A DNA stretch of 24,703 nucleotides, from the IMG/VR virus record IMGVR_UViG_3300025803_000095, positions 1-24,703 of that record; one strand, 5' to 3'. The position numbers and the translations under genes are program-made. The stretch comes from a virus. Taxonomy: Duplodnaviria > Caudoviricetes. Below, one piece after another: positions 1 to 9,753 of the stretch. The number at the start of each line of letters is the position of its first letter. Position 1 is the stretch's first letter. The notes under the pieces are model-generated. The model was not told where the DNA came from. It worked only from the letters and a program-made list of their open reading frames with translations, and ran no database searches.

Positions 1-1187
1 ATCGCATGGGTCAAGGCTACATCTATGGCAATCGTAAAGATCATTTCTTTAAAGGTCTTGCCTACAGTGTATCGATACCAGAGTTAATACAAGCAGGTTA
101 CTTGTGCCGATTGTCTGCCTTTGCTGTCAACGACAATGCCATCATTGATGCTGGCAAAGTTAGTTTGAAGTTCAAAGGTGGAGACTTCCGGGAAAAAGAA
201 TTAGAAGATATAGCCATGGTGGATGAAACCATCATCGAAGTTATAAGTGATTGGATTGATAATGCCTACACAAAAGGCAGAACAGCCTCGGTGTTCTTCT
301 GTGTTTCTGTTCTCCATGCTCAGAAGATGACTCAGTATTTACAGCAACATGGTATTAGTGCTGCTGTGGTTACAGGGGAGACGCCCAACCAAGAACGAGA
401 TAAGATTCTTGCAGACTTTGAGTCTGGTAAGATTCATGCTCTCTGCAATGTTGGGGTTTTAACCGAAGGCTGGGACGCCCCGCGAACAGATTGTATAGCA
501 TTGCTTAGGCCAACGCAAAGCATTGGTTTGTATGTGCAGATGTGTGGCCGTGGTATGCGACTGCATGATGACAAGGAGAATTGTTTGCTGCTTGACTACG
601 GTGAGAACGTAGCTAGGCATGGCTGTCTAGATGAAGTAGAGCCTGGCGAAAGTCTTCCCGGAAGATACAAGCCTAAGATTTGTGCAAGCTGTAATGCTAT
701 CAACTCACCTTCCGCTAAAGAATGTATTGAGTGCGGCCAAGTGTTTGAGTCAACACAATCAAAAGTTCTTTGGACCAAGAAGGAAAGGGAAGTAGCAAGG
801 CGTACCAAGGCTGAGAAGCAAGCTGTCTTATCAGATGAAAGGAAAGCATCAGTCCCTAAAAACAAACCCATCACGGACATCTATGCATCTGTGGTCAAGT
901 CTAAAAATGGCAGTGAGTATTGTCAGGTAGTTTTTACGGTGAAGGATGAGTTCTTTCCTAAGAAGATGCCACTAATGTTTGGCCATCCCACTGCACATAA
1001 GATGGCAGTGCGTAAGTGGAAAAAGATTACTACCAAGTGGGGATCACCAAGCCAACCATGGATGGCCGCTGAATTAATTAACAGTGGTGCATTTGATACA
1101 ATCTCTGAGATCATTGTGCAAAAACAAGGTAAGTATGAGAACGTTGTTGGAATTAAAACCAAACAAAATGAGGACATAGATCTATGA
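1..1187 (+). CDS. SF2 DNA helicase (RadD/YejH-like) with Zn ribbon; 5'-truncated
   Basis: Motif IV (VFFCVSVLHA), motif V (NVGVLTEGWDAP), motif VI (YVQMCGRGMR), then LLDYGEN and a CASC...CIEC Zn ribbon. Walker A/B are absent and the frame is open to the window edge (CGC before the ATG at 6), so the gene starts upstream. Confidence 0.9.
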   Translation, partial: RMGQGYIYGNRKDHFFKGLAYSVSIPELIQAGYLCRLSAFAVNDNAIIDAGKVSLKFKGGDFREKELEDIAMVDETIIEVISDWIDNAYTKGRTASVFFCVSVLHAQKMTQYLQQHGISAAVVTGETPNQERDKILADFESGKIHALCNVGVLTEGWDAPRTDCIALLRPTQSIGLYVQMCGRGMRLHDDKENCLLLDYGENVARHGCLDEVEPGESLPGRYKPKICASCNAINSPSAKECIECGQVFESTQSKVLWTKKEREVARRTKAEKQAVLSDERKASVPKNKPITDIYASVVKSKNGSEYCQVVFTVKDEFFPKKMPLMFGHPTAHKMAVRKWKKITTKWGSPSQPWMAAELINSGAFDTISEIIVQKQGKYENVVGIKTKQNEDIDL

Positions 1188-2275
1188 AAGATATAAACCA
1201 TTTACTAGATGATGTTGAACTACAGCAAAAGAGACATCAAAGATTTTATCTAGGTATCAGTCAGATAGGTAATCCTAATCAGCGTTTACTTTGGATGCGC
1301 TATCGCTGGCTTATGCCTGATGATATGCCTGCTAGAGTCTTGAGACTTCTTGATCTAGGCAACGTGGTTGAGGATGATCTTATCAAGAAGCTTAGAAAGA
1401 TTCCCGGTGCTCAGATCTTTGACGTTGCTCGCAATGGTAAACAGTTTGAGACACAGACATTGGGAGGCCACGTTAAAGGTCATATCGATGGCGTAGGGCA
1501 AAACTTTCCGGGGATTGATACCAAAGATCCATTCTTGTTAGAGTTCAAGACAGCCAACGACAATCGCTTTAACAACCTAGTAAAGCTTGGTAGTTATTGT
1601 GATTGGTCAGAAGAGTATGCTGCCCAGTTACATTTATACATGGGCTTGTTTAAATTTACTCAATGCATTGCAATTGTTTATAACAAAAATAACTCAGACT
1701 TATATACTGAAATCATTCAGTATGATGGTGATGCTTTTAATTCTTTAATAGAAAAAGCAAAAAGTATTTTACTAGCAGAAGCACCACCAGATAACTACAT
1801 ACCAGAAACAGATTACCGAATCAAAAGCTACATGACACCAGGCCAACAAGCCTGTTATCTAGGTAGAGCACTGCCACCTAAGATTCATTGTAGATCTTGT
1901 AGGTTTGCTAAGGTTGATATTGAGAAGGGAGATGCACATTGGCATTGCACCCAGCACGATAGAAAGATTAGTGAAGACAGACAAACCAAAGGTTGTGCAA
2001 GACATAACTTTATACCTGAGTTAATACCAGCCCATGTTATGGAGAAGGATGACGATATGGTTTTATACGAGAAGGACAAGATTAGATTTGTTAACGTAGC
2101 CGAGAACCTTAACACGCCGGGCGAAAACTTTTTTTCTAGCAAAGAATTAATTGAAGTTGTAAACAGTGGATTCCCAGAAGAGATTTTAGAGACTTGCGAT
2201 AAAGTTAAGAAGGTATTTAATGGCGCTTCTATTAAAGAGATCAGACCTTGGATTGAAACTAGGCCATCAACCTAA
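1184..2275 (+). CDS. Cas4-like PD-(D/E)XK exonuclease (phage recombination nuclease)
   Basis: YLGISQIG N-terminal motif, GHIDG...LLEFKT catalytic motif, QLHLYM (QxxxY), C-terminal CRSC/WHC/GC cluster. ATGA overlap with the helicase. Confidence 0.82.
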   Translation: MKDINHLLDDVELQQKRHQRFYLGISQIGNPNQRLLWMRYRWLMPDDMPARVLRLLDLGNVVEDDLIKKLRKIPGAQIFDVARNGKQFETQTLGGHVKGHIDGVGQNFPGIDTKDPFLLEFKTANDNRFNNLVKLGSYCDWSEEYAAQLHLYMGLFKFTQCIAIVYNKNNSDLYTEIIQYDGDAFNSLIEKAKSILLAEAPPDNYIPETDYRIKSYMTPGQQACYLGRALPPKIHCRSCRFAKVDIEKGDAHWHCTQHDRKISEDRQTKGCARHNFIPELIPAHVMEKDDDMVLYEKDKIRFVNVAENLNTPGENFFSSKELIEVVNSGFPEEILETCDKVKKVFNGASIKEIRPWIETRPST

Positions 2276-2655
2276 TGCAAATCAAACTACCTTTGGATGT
2301 TTACTATTCAAAGAAAAAAAAATTTATTTTAAATCTTAACAACTATAGAAATGCACACTATAGAGTTTTATCTACAGCAAAAAAAATATACTCAGAAGAT
2401 CTCGTAGAAAAGATACAAGACCTACCTAAGTTTAGTGAGCCAGTTAGATTGACTTACACCTACTATGCTAGGAGCAATCGAAGACTTGACATAAGTAATC
2501 CATGTTCAGTCATAGATAAGTTCGCTTGTGATGCTTTGGTTAAAGCTGGGATCATACAAGACGATGACTTCAAACAAGTAAAGGAAGTTGTTTATAAGTT
2601 TGGTGGTGTAGATAAAGATGATCCTAGATGTGAACTGGTGGTTGATATATTCTAG
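2275..2655 (+). CDS. rusA: RusA-like Holliday junction resolvase
   Basis: 126 aa with RRLDISN...DKFACDALVKAGIIQDDD, matching the RusA DxDN...K...DAL...DD pattern. TAATG coupling to the nuclease. Confidence 0.8.
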   Translation: MQIKLPLDVYYSKKKKFILNLNNYRNAHYRVLSTAKKIYSEDLVEKIQDLPKFSEPVRLTYTYYARSNRRLDISNPCSVIDKFACDALVKAGIIQDDDFKQVKEVVYKFGGVDKDDPRCELVVDIF

Positions 2656-5600
2656 GGTGTGCCTGTTAATATTTTTTGTTCTTCTTCTTCTCTTAAAACT
2701 TGCGATGCTCTTTGAGCTCTAACATCTGGTGTTAAGTATTGACCAGTTAAACCTTGAGTTAACTCCTTTTTAGATAAGTCAAACATTCCTTTACTAATAG
2801 GCTGAGGAACTCCTATTTCGCCAACCCTTGAAGCTTCTACTAGATCTCTGCTAACATCTATTGGTCTGAATATTCCTCTCATAACATCTTTATAGTTAGC
2901 AACTTTAGCATCTTTTAATTGTTTTTCTATTTGCCTATCAGTTAATCCTAAAGTTCTAGCATCCTCTATGGTTGTATATAGATCTCTTAATACTCTATAT
3001 CTATTTTCATTTTGATTAATATATCCCTGTAAAAATTCTTCTGCTGTCTTTCTATCATTGGTTCTAAGCAATCTATTAAATTGATTGGTAGCATCTCTGA
3101 TTGCATCGTTTGCTTCAAAACCTCTATATCTTACAGTTCTTTCTAGCTGAGGTTTAACAACTTTAAATCCAGTAAATGCTTGCACCATTGTTTCAGCTAC
3201 ATCAATCTCATTACCCATTCGGTCTAATATTTTTTGATCATCACCTTTTTTATCAGTGCTACCAAACACAGCCTTTGGAAAATTTTTAGGAGTAAAGCCA
3301 GGAGCAGATATGCCAATAGGTTTTTTTGTTGTTAGGTCAGGCTCTATTCTATATGGAGTAATTGTTGGTAATGCTGTGTCGATAAAATTGTAAAAACCTT
3401 TTGCAACTTTATCTCCCATACTGTCTGAAGAACCCCATATTTTTTTACCTGTTGATGTTGTTCCATTAATTCCATCAAGTACAGCTTGAGCAGCAAATGC
3501 TGGCTCAACAAAACTTTGCCCCATCTCACCAATAACTCCCATCGAAGAATCAAATAATATTTTTTGTAATGATTCTTCATCTCTATTACCATTTGCCACT
3601 TCTTGAAAAACTCTGTTGATCGGTCTTTTTAAATAGTCGTATGGATTCATATAACTAAAATTAAAAAACTGAGTTGGATTGCCATCTTTGTCAGAAGCAA
3701 TAGGTATTAGTGTTCCTGTTCTATCCCAAGGAGTTGCTCCAGTTCTTTGATAGGCTTCTATCTTTTCTTTAGCTACTCCAGTTAATGCCATGCCTAAACT
3801 CGTTAATGCTGTGGGCATAGCTGCTGTAGTTGTTACAGCACCAGTCAATCTTCGCATTCCAATTTTCTGTAGCTCTGGATTGTCACTAGCCAATTCTTTT
3901 ATGCCTCTACTTACAGCGTTAGTAGTATTTCTTATAATCTCAGATGGGAATGCGACAAAGTTACCAAAGGGAGATCTTCTAATAACTTCTGAAACAAATG
4001 GTACAACTCTTTGATAGTTCTGCACAGTGTTTAAAGTAATCTCTCCAGCTTCTGATCTAGCAAATTGTTCCAATCCTTCTTGGCCATACTTATTAATAAT
4101 ATCTTGCGGTCTTATAATTGCACCACCTCTAGATCCTTCAATCAAATCTGCAAACCTTGTTATATTTTTTGCTGACTCTATTGGAACCACTGACTCTGGA
4201 GCTTTCGATAATGCTTGAAGCATTCTTTCTTTTTCACTTAGATAATTAAATACACGACCAGCATCATCAGTCATACCATAAGCTTTTTCAAAAAATCTAA
4301 CGCCTGATTTATCTACAGCTTTGCCTACACCAGAAACTAATCCACTTCTTTCAGCTGCAAGTTTTGCAATTTCTAAAGTTTCACCAAGTTGAGCACCACC
4401 TTTTTGCATAATGCCTTCTTCCATAAGTTCAGCTATTTTATCTTTTCTTAAAATTTTTCCTTTAGGATCCATGAGTCCAGCAAAACTTGTTTGAACAGAG
4501 TCAACAAATCTACCAGTGCTTCCAAGATTTCCATTAAGCAATGAGAAGAATGGAATACTGGTAAAGTTTCTTACCTGTGCTCCGGGAGATAAAACTGTTT
4601 TACCATATTGTGATCCAGCTTTAACAGCTAACATGCCAGTGTATAGCTTTCCGAGAACAGGCCATTGAGCTTTCATATCTGCTGTCGCTCCCATCAAAGC
4701 ATCAAAGATATCTGCTCTTGCATAAGAACCAGCAAGGGCTCCAGCATCTTCATCAAACTGTTTGAATACTATTGCATTACCTTGTGCATCAAAGTCTCTT
4801 AACTCTTTAGCTGACTTGCCATCAGCATCTATGCCAAATTCCTTTGGTTTTAAAAACTTAACACCGCCTGTTTGAGGTGCGAGTTCATCAAGTTGTTTGA
4901 TCTGCTTAAACATTTCTGTCTTACCTATAAGACCTGAAAGTTTTTGTGAGGTTACATTTGCTGTAAGCTTGGTATTAGCAAGAGCACTTTTCCAATCTGT
5001 TTGTAAGTATCCTGCCGCTTCACCTAAAGCTCTTCTTACTTGTGGTAAGTTATCTAGCTGTCTGCCTTTAAGAATTCCTTTTTCTCTTTGCAATCCCTCC
5101 ATTAACATGTCGTTAGTTTCAAAGTCAAAACCATTTTTATTTTTTGGACCGGGGTTTAATAGTTCAAAGAATTCTCTTTGTGCAGTTTGTCTGTCAACAC
5201 CAAAACTTTCTTGTATTTCTTTTACAGCTCTTTCTTGAAACTCTGGCTGAACTTTAAAACCTTTGTCTAATATAGATCTATAGACTCTTGTTCCATACAA
5301 GCCAGCATTCTCTGCAATGATACTTTTTAATTCATCTGGTATAAACAAATGCATAAAACCATCTGCACCTTCATCACTATAATTTAAAACTTGATTAGAG
5401 TAAGTATCAAAAATATCTCTATTATTTTTTAATAACGTAGATATCTTTAAGCCTTCTCCTAAGCCCAAGCCTTGGTAATCTATGTATTGTTTTTCTAAGT
5501 CTAAAATATTTTGTTCAGCAGCTTTTTGAATCTCTCTAGCTTTTTTTATTTTATCTGATCGTGATAAGTTTGGAGATTGATAGTCAACTCTTATCCTTGG

Positions 5601-6554
5601 GAACATAAAATCTTCTATGTTTCTAGACAAAGCAAGAGCGTTAGTTTGATTTAGTCTGCCACTATCTACACTTCTTTGTGTTGTCTTCATGATTTGATCA
5701 AAGGCAGTGTCAACTTGATCTTGCATGGCCTTTACTTGCGATGTCTTTGCGGCCATTGTTTGTGCTACTAATTGATCAGGCTTGTCTCCAGCAAAGGTAA
5801 ACCATTTTTGTAATGTGTTTTGATTTGCATCAAAGGCTGTCTTTTGTAATTCACCAGGTTTCAATGCACCTTTAGCTGCGGTCAATCCTTTAGCCACAAC
5901 AGATCCAACTGGAGCTAATAAGTCTGTTGCTCCATAGATAGTTTCCTTGGTTGCTTTTAGTGCTAGTGGTAATCCCAATATAAAACCAGCACCTTCTGCT
6001 GCTACCTCTAATTTATTTTTTAACCTTTCAGCTGCTGCTTCTGCACCATTGAGTCTTGCTAGTCTTGCTTGATCTGATTCTGATTGTTGATCTATAAAAA
6101 TATCTTTAAGAGTTTCAACATCATCAGTTGCTACTGCTCCATCAGCTAGTCCACCACCTAGAGCTGAAGTAACTTTATTCATTTTTCCAAAACGATTTAA
6201 TACACCCGCAACACCAAAGCCCGGTAATCCGAATTGAACTAAGTATCTAGTTATTTGTCCTTGAGTAGTTTCAGCTTCACCAACAGCAATCTTATCAAAG
6301 TATTCACCAACATCTTTGGTTAGATCTTCATCAGTAAAAAGATCATAAACAGAAGCCCCTGTTTCAGCCGCTCCCCTTACTGCTTGTTGAATACCAGCTA
6401 CGGTTTGCCTGCCAACATCTCCCAAAACATTAGCCTTGCCTTTGCTTAAAGATTCAACCTCAAGCGCATGTTCAGCTTTTGCTTTTTCTATTGTTTCTGG
6501 ATCTTTGTTTGGTATGTATTTTGAGATGCCATCTGGAAAAGTAATGTATGGCAT
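2652..6554 (-). CDS. Large internal virion/ejection protein (positional analogue of T7 gp16 / P22 gp16)
   Basis: 1300 aa, apparently helical, with Gly/Ala-rich hydrophobic segments (LVQFGLPGFGVAGVL, AGFILGLPLAL). Last gene of the late operon, after two other ejection-like genes. No catalytic motif recognised. Confidence 0.7.
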   Translation of the reverse strand: MPYITFPDGISKYIPNKDPETIEKAKAEHALEVESLSKGKANVLGDVGRQTVAGIQQAVRGAAETGASVYDLFTDEDLTKDVGEYFDKIAVGEAETTQGQITRYLVQFGLPGFGVAGVLNRFGKMNKVTSALGGGLADGAVATDDVETLKDIFIDQQSESDQARLARLNGAEAAAERLKNKLEVAAEGAGFILGLPLALKATKETIYGATDLLAPVGSVVAKGLTAAKGALKPGELQKTAFDANQNTLQKWFTFAGDKPDQLVAQTMAAKTSQVKAMQDQVDTAFDQIMKTTQRSVDSGRLNQTNALALSRNIEDFMFPRIRVDYQSPNLSRSDKIKKAREIQKAAEQNILDLEKQYIDYQGLGLGEGLKISTLLKNNRDIFDTYSNQVLNYSDEGADGFMHLFIPDELKSIIAENAGLYGTRVYRSILDKGFKVQPEFQERAVKEIQESFGVDRQTAQREFFELLNPGPKNKNGFDFETNDMLMEGLQREKGILKGRQLDNLPQVRRALGEAAGYLQTDWKSALANTKLTANVTSQKLSGLIGKTEMFKQIKQLDELAPQTGGVKFLKPKEFGIDADGKSAKELRDFDAQGNAIVFKQFDEDAGALAGSYARADIFDALMGATADMKAQWPVLGKLYTGMLAVKAGSQYGKTVLSPGAQVRNFTSIPFFSLLNGNLGSTGRFVDSVQTSFAGLMDPKGKILRKDKIAELMEEGIMQKGGAQLGETLEIAKLAAERSGLVSGVGKAVDKSGVRFFEKAYGMTDDAGRVFNYLSEKERMLQALSKAPESVVPIESAKNITRFADLIEGSRGGAIIRPQDIINKYGQEGLEQFARSEAGEITLNTVQNYQRVVPFVSEVIRRSPFGNFVAFPSEIIRNTTNAVSRGIKELASDNPELQKIGMRRLTGAVTTTAAMPTALTSLGMALTGVAKEKIEAYQRTGATPWDRTGTLIPIASDKDGNPTQFFNFSYMNPYDYLKRPINRVFQEVANGNRDEESLQKILFDSSMGVIGEMGQSFVEPAFAAQAVLDGINGTTSTGKKIWGSSDSMGDKVAKGFYNFIDTALPTITPYRIEPDLTTKKPIGISAPGFTPKNFPKAVFGSTDKKGDDQKILDRMGNEIDVAETMVQAFTGFKVVKPQLERTVRYRGFEANDAIRDATNQFNRLLRTNDRKTAEEFLQGYINQNENRYRVLRDLYTTIEDARTLGLTDRQIEKQLKDAKVANYKDVMRGIFRPIDVSRDLVEASRVGEIGVPQPISKGMFDLSKKELTQGLTGQYLTPDVRAQRASQVLREEEEQKILTGTP

Positions 6555-6558
6555 GAGA

Positions 6559-8391
6559 TCACGGGGCGCTGGCTGATGGTTTTATTTGTATTCCGAATAG
6601 GGGATCTAAGTAAACATCAACACCTTTGCCTAATTGAGCTCCTATAAAACCTGGTCCAACTGGTTTTCCGTTATAAGTTAAAATAAAATTAGGATATTGG
6701 TCAGAAGTGTAACCACTAGTTTCTAATTTATCTCTTAACAAAGTTTCATACACATATTCTGGTTGACCTTCTTTAACTTCTCCAAGAGTCATGCCAACTT
6801 TAGCTGCTTGCATTTGTTTGTAAAGATCAGCAAACCTTGGATTATCTTGTAAAAATTTAAGTGTTTGTACATCAGCAGGCAACATGTCAGCTTGTCTTGT
6901 TTCTTCGCCAAAGTATCCCTCGCCAAATGCAACAGCTGGATTAATAGGTACATATCCCTCTACTGGTTTCATCATGTTTAAAAAACCTGCCATCATTTTT
7001 TTAGCAAAGTCTTGATCGTTTCCAACTTTATCCATGTATCCTGCTGGTAATGCTTTTATGTAATCAAAAAACTTAGGCTTAGTTACAAACTCACCCTTGT
7101 CATCTACCTCAAATCCTTTGCCTTTTAATTCTTCTCTTACATAAAAAGCTAAAGAATTATCAGTTGCAGGATTATATGTTGGTTTGTTGATTACAGAATC
7201 ATTTGTAATTATTGCATTGTCATCACTTATTATAATTCCACTTTCATCTTGCTCTGTTACTGTTGGCTCATCTTCGCCTTGAGGAAAAACCGCTGCTGTT
7301 ACGCCACCAGCTATGGCTGTCTTGCCGGGATTCCTAAGACCAAATCCAGCTATGGGTCTGTCTTTCATTTGTTGAAGAATAGATCGTTCAGCGCCAGTGC
7401 TTCCTTCAAAAGCATCGTCTGCTGCTTTATTAATATTAGCCCCTTGACTTGGTGCTGGTCTTGGAGGTCCAACTTCAGGCGCATCTGTTCTTACAGGAGC
7501 TTGAGGTCTTGTTGGTTGAGGCGCTGTTGGCTGATTAGCTCTATTGATCCTAGCTCTTTCTAATCTAGCTTGTTGTGCTATAACTTCTGCTTCTCTTTGT
7601 TTAGCAGCGTTTTCTATAATCTCTCTATCTTCTGCGCTTGGTTCTTTTTCTTTCTTTGTTTTCTTTTTAGGTTTTGCAGGAAGTTTTTCTGCTATCTCAT
7701 CCATCATATCCATGACAGTCATGACAGCTTTTTTCTTTCTGCCAGTTGGAGTCTTTGCACTAGCTGGTAATACACCCATGTCTCCAGTGCCATTAGCATA
7801 TTGCATGATGCCACCTTCTGCTCTTTCAACAGGATAGCCAGATGTTTCAGAAACAGTTTCATAAATAATAGATGCTGTTCCTTTTGGATCTTCTTTTAAT
7901 GCTTGCGCTATTTCTCTCATTGAACCAGCCGCCTCTGGTGCTGATGTTACAAGATCTAAAATTCCTTTAGTGTATTCAATAGGACCTTTTGCAAACTCTA
8001 TACCTTCTCTTGCAAGCATGGTTGTTGGAACCATTCCAGCTAAAGCACCAAGGCCTCTCTTAACTTTTCTAGCAGTGTTCAAGCCTTTCATACCTATGGC
8101 CGCCGGGACTCCAACACCTGTAGCTGCAATACCTGCCGCTGCATAATCTAATGGATCGGTTGGATCAAAAATAAAATCAGTAATATCTCGTACGTTAAGT
8201 CTTTCAGGGTCATCTCTCATGCTGAAGAAACCTTCTCGGCTCATAAACCTAGGATCTCCACCATTTGCTAGGCCAGGTACACCGCGGCCTTTAAGTATAT
8301 CAGCCTGTGTTACTTTGCCATCACCTGTTAGATCTGGGAAGCCACCGTCTTTTAATCTTACTGGCTCTAAGCCTGACATTATTCCCGGCAT
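6559..8391 (-). CDS. Internal virion/ejection protein with N-terminal EF-hand-like loop
   Basis: 610 aa with DLTGDGKVTQAD, hydrophobic AAAGIAATGVGVPAAIG, and Lys-rich and Pro-rich disordered linkers. Lies between the 451-aa and 1300-aa genes; TAATG coupling at 8391. Confidence 0.62.
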   Translation of the reverse strand: MPGIMSGLEPVRLKDGGFPDLTGDGKVTQADILKGRGVPGLANGGDPRFMSREGFFSMRDDPERLNVRDITDFIFDPTDPLDYAAAGIAATGVGVPAAIGMKGLNTARKVKRGLGALAGMVPTTMLAREGIEFAKGPIEYTKGILDLVTSAPEAAGSMREIAQALKEDPKGTASIIYETVSETSGYPVERAEGGIMQYANGTGDMGVLPASAKTPTGRKKKAVMTVMDMMDEIAEKLPAKPKKKTKKEKEPSAEDREIIENAAKQREAEVIAQQARLERARINRANQPTAPQPTRPQAPVRTDAPEVGPPRPAPSQGANINKAADDAFEGSTGAERSILQQMKDRPIAGFGLRNPGKTAIAGGVTAAVFPQGEDEPTVTEQDESGIIISDDNAIITNDSVINKPTYNPATDNSLAFYVREELKGKGFEVDDKGEFVTKPKFFDYIKALPAGYMDKVGNDQDFAKKMMAGFLNMMKPVEGYVPINPAVAFGEGYFGEETRQADMLPADVQTLKFLQDNPRFADLYKQMQAAKVGMTLGEVKEGQPEYVYETLLRDKLETSGYTSDQYPNFILTYNGKPVGPGFIGAQLGKGVDVYLDPLFGIQIKPSASAP

Positions 8392-9746
8392 TACATCACC
8401 TTGCTGTAATCTACAGCGTAGTAGCCATCTTGAACAATGACTGCATCTGGTTTAACTTCTAGAACTTCTTGAGCTAGTACGCCCTCAGCTGGTTCGCTTT
8501 CAGCACCTAGTGCTTTACCTTTATCGTTCCAATCCCATGTATACCAACCAACACCTGGCTCTAATTCACCAATCTTTTTAATGTTTTCTTTTAAATCTAC
8601 GTCAGAAAAAGGTTGATACCCTAAAGAGCCTAGTCCAGTAGCAATAGTTCCAGCAGCACCGACTGCTTGTCCTAATGCTGTGGGTTGCTGATAGACACCA
8701 CGTTGATATGCGCTTGTGCCAGTACCTCCAGAGATACCTCCCATTGGAGATCCAGCTAGAAGCTGTTGACCTGTGAGCAATCTTTGTAATGGTTCTTGAG
8801 AAAGCTGTTGCGCTCCAGCAAACTGTCTTGATAATGCTGCTTGCTGAGTAGCTTGGCCTTGCTGACCGAGTTGGTTAAGTAAGTTAACTTGATTGCCTAG
8901 TTGCTGTTGAGATTGCTGACCTAGTCCTGCAAGCCCACCACCAATCTGTCCAAACTGTCCGCCCATGCCAGCAGCTAATTGTCCAAGCCCACCAAGAGCC
9001 TGGCCTAGTTGTGCTTGCTGTCCACCCACTCCTGCTTGCATGGTTGCAAGTCCTTGTTGAGCACCACGTTGTTGTTCAAATGCTTGTTGCGCTTGTTGTT
9101 GAGCTTGGCCAAACCCAGCGCTTCTAATTCCAGAGACAGCCTCAGCTGCACCACGTCCTGTTTGACGTGCTAATTCTTCTTGAGTAATTCTACCCCTAGA
9201 TCCACCAAATGCTCCAGCTGATACAGCTCTATCCCTAAGACCTATGTCCTGTTGTGCAGACTGTCTGCCTATATCCTCTAATGTTTGCTGAACAACCTGA
9301 TCTTCGTATGGATTAAAAAAGTTTTGTGCCATAGATGGATCGTACATTCCTGTAGTACCCATGGCTGTTTGCTCTGCTCTTTGTAATGCGCCAAGGCCGC
9401 CAGTAACTGCTTCGCGGGCACCCGGCAAATATCCATAAGCTTCATCTAAAGCTCTCTCTTGTCTACCGAAGAGTCGACCAGCTTCAGTTAGATAAGGTTG
9501 ATATTCACCCATTCGACCTGCTTGTTGTCGAGCTTGAATTTGTAAAGGAGTAAGCCCAGCAGTTTGCTCGATAGGAATATCTCTTGGTCTAGATATAAGA
9601 CCTTCGTATTCACCAGGTGCGCCAAAGTAAGATGATAATAATCTACGAGAATAGTCCTCCATGTAAGGAGAAACAAAACTATAACCTGTTTGTGGGGTTG
9701 TTATGACCTCTGCTGGAGGTGCTGATTTTGTTTTACTGAGACACAT
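8391..9746 (-). CDS. Gln/Gly-rich DNA-transfer (ejection) protein with C-terminal peptidase S74-type intramolecular chaperone
   Basis: MC- start; NPYEDQVVQQT and GAFGGSRG motifs; long Q/G/A-rich region; last 71 aa SDVDLKENI...WYTWDW...GVLAQEV...PDAV...YYAVDYSKV. Confidence 0.75.
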   Translation of the reverse strand: MCLSKTKSAPPAEVITTPQTGYSFVSPYMEDYSRRLLSSYFGAPGEYEGLISRPRDIPIEQTAGLTPLQIQARQQAGRMGEYQPYLTEAGRLFGRQERALDEAYGYLPGAREAVTGGLGALQRAEQTAMGTTGMYDPSMAQNFFNPYEDQVVQQTLEDIGRQSAQQDIGLRDRAVSAGAFGGSRGRITQEELARQTGRGAAEAVSGIRSAGFGQAQQQAQQAFEQQRGAQQGLATMQAGVGGQQAQLGQALGGLGQLAAGMGGQFGQIGGGLAGLGQQSQQQLGNQVNLLNQLGQQGQATQQAALSRQFAGAQQLSQEPLQRLLTGQQLLAGSPMGGISGGTGTSAYQRGVYQQPTALGQAVGAAGTIATGLGSLGYQPFSDVDLKENIKKIGELEPGVGWYTWDWNDKGKALGAESEPAEGVLAQEVLEVKPDAVIVQDGYYAVDYSKVM

Positions 9747-9753
9747 CTTCTAT

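Noticed and set aside
596-2142. Minus-strand ORFs 596-880, 923-1201 and 1885-2142
   Set aside because: Antisense shadows of the helicase and nuclease, with no motifs or SD.
1184-2275. Cas4-like gene as evidence of a CRISPR system
   Set aside because: No repeat-spacer array or other cas genes; solo Cas4-like nucleases are normal in phage replication modules.
2311-2386. A9 and A8 homopolymers in rusA as phase-variation tracts
   Set aside because: They encode Lys runs in an intact frame; such runs are common in this AT-rich sequence.
3344-8440. Short alternative-frame and + strand ORFs inside the 1300- and 610-aa genes
   Set aside because: Fully nested in long genes; composition typical of antisense or off-frame translation.
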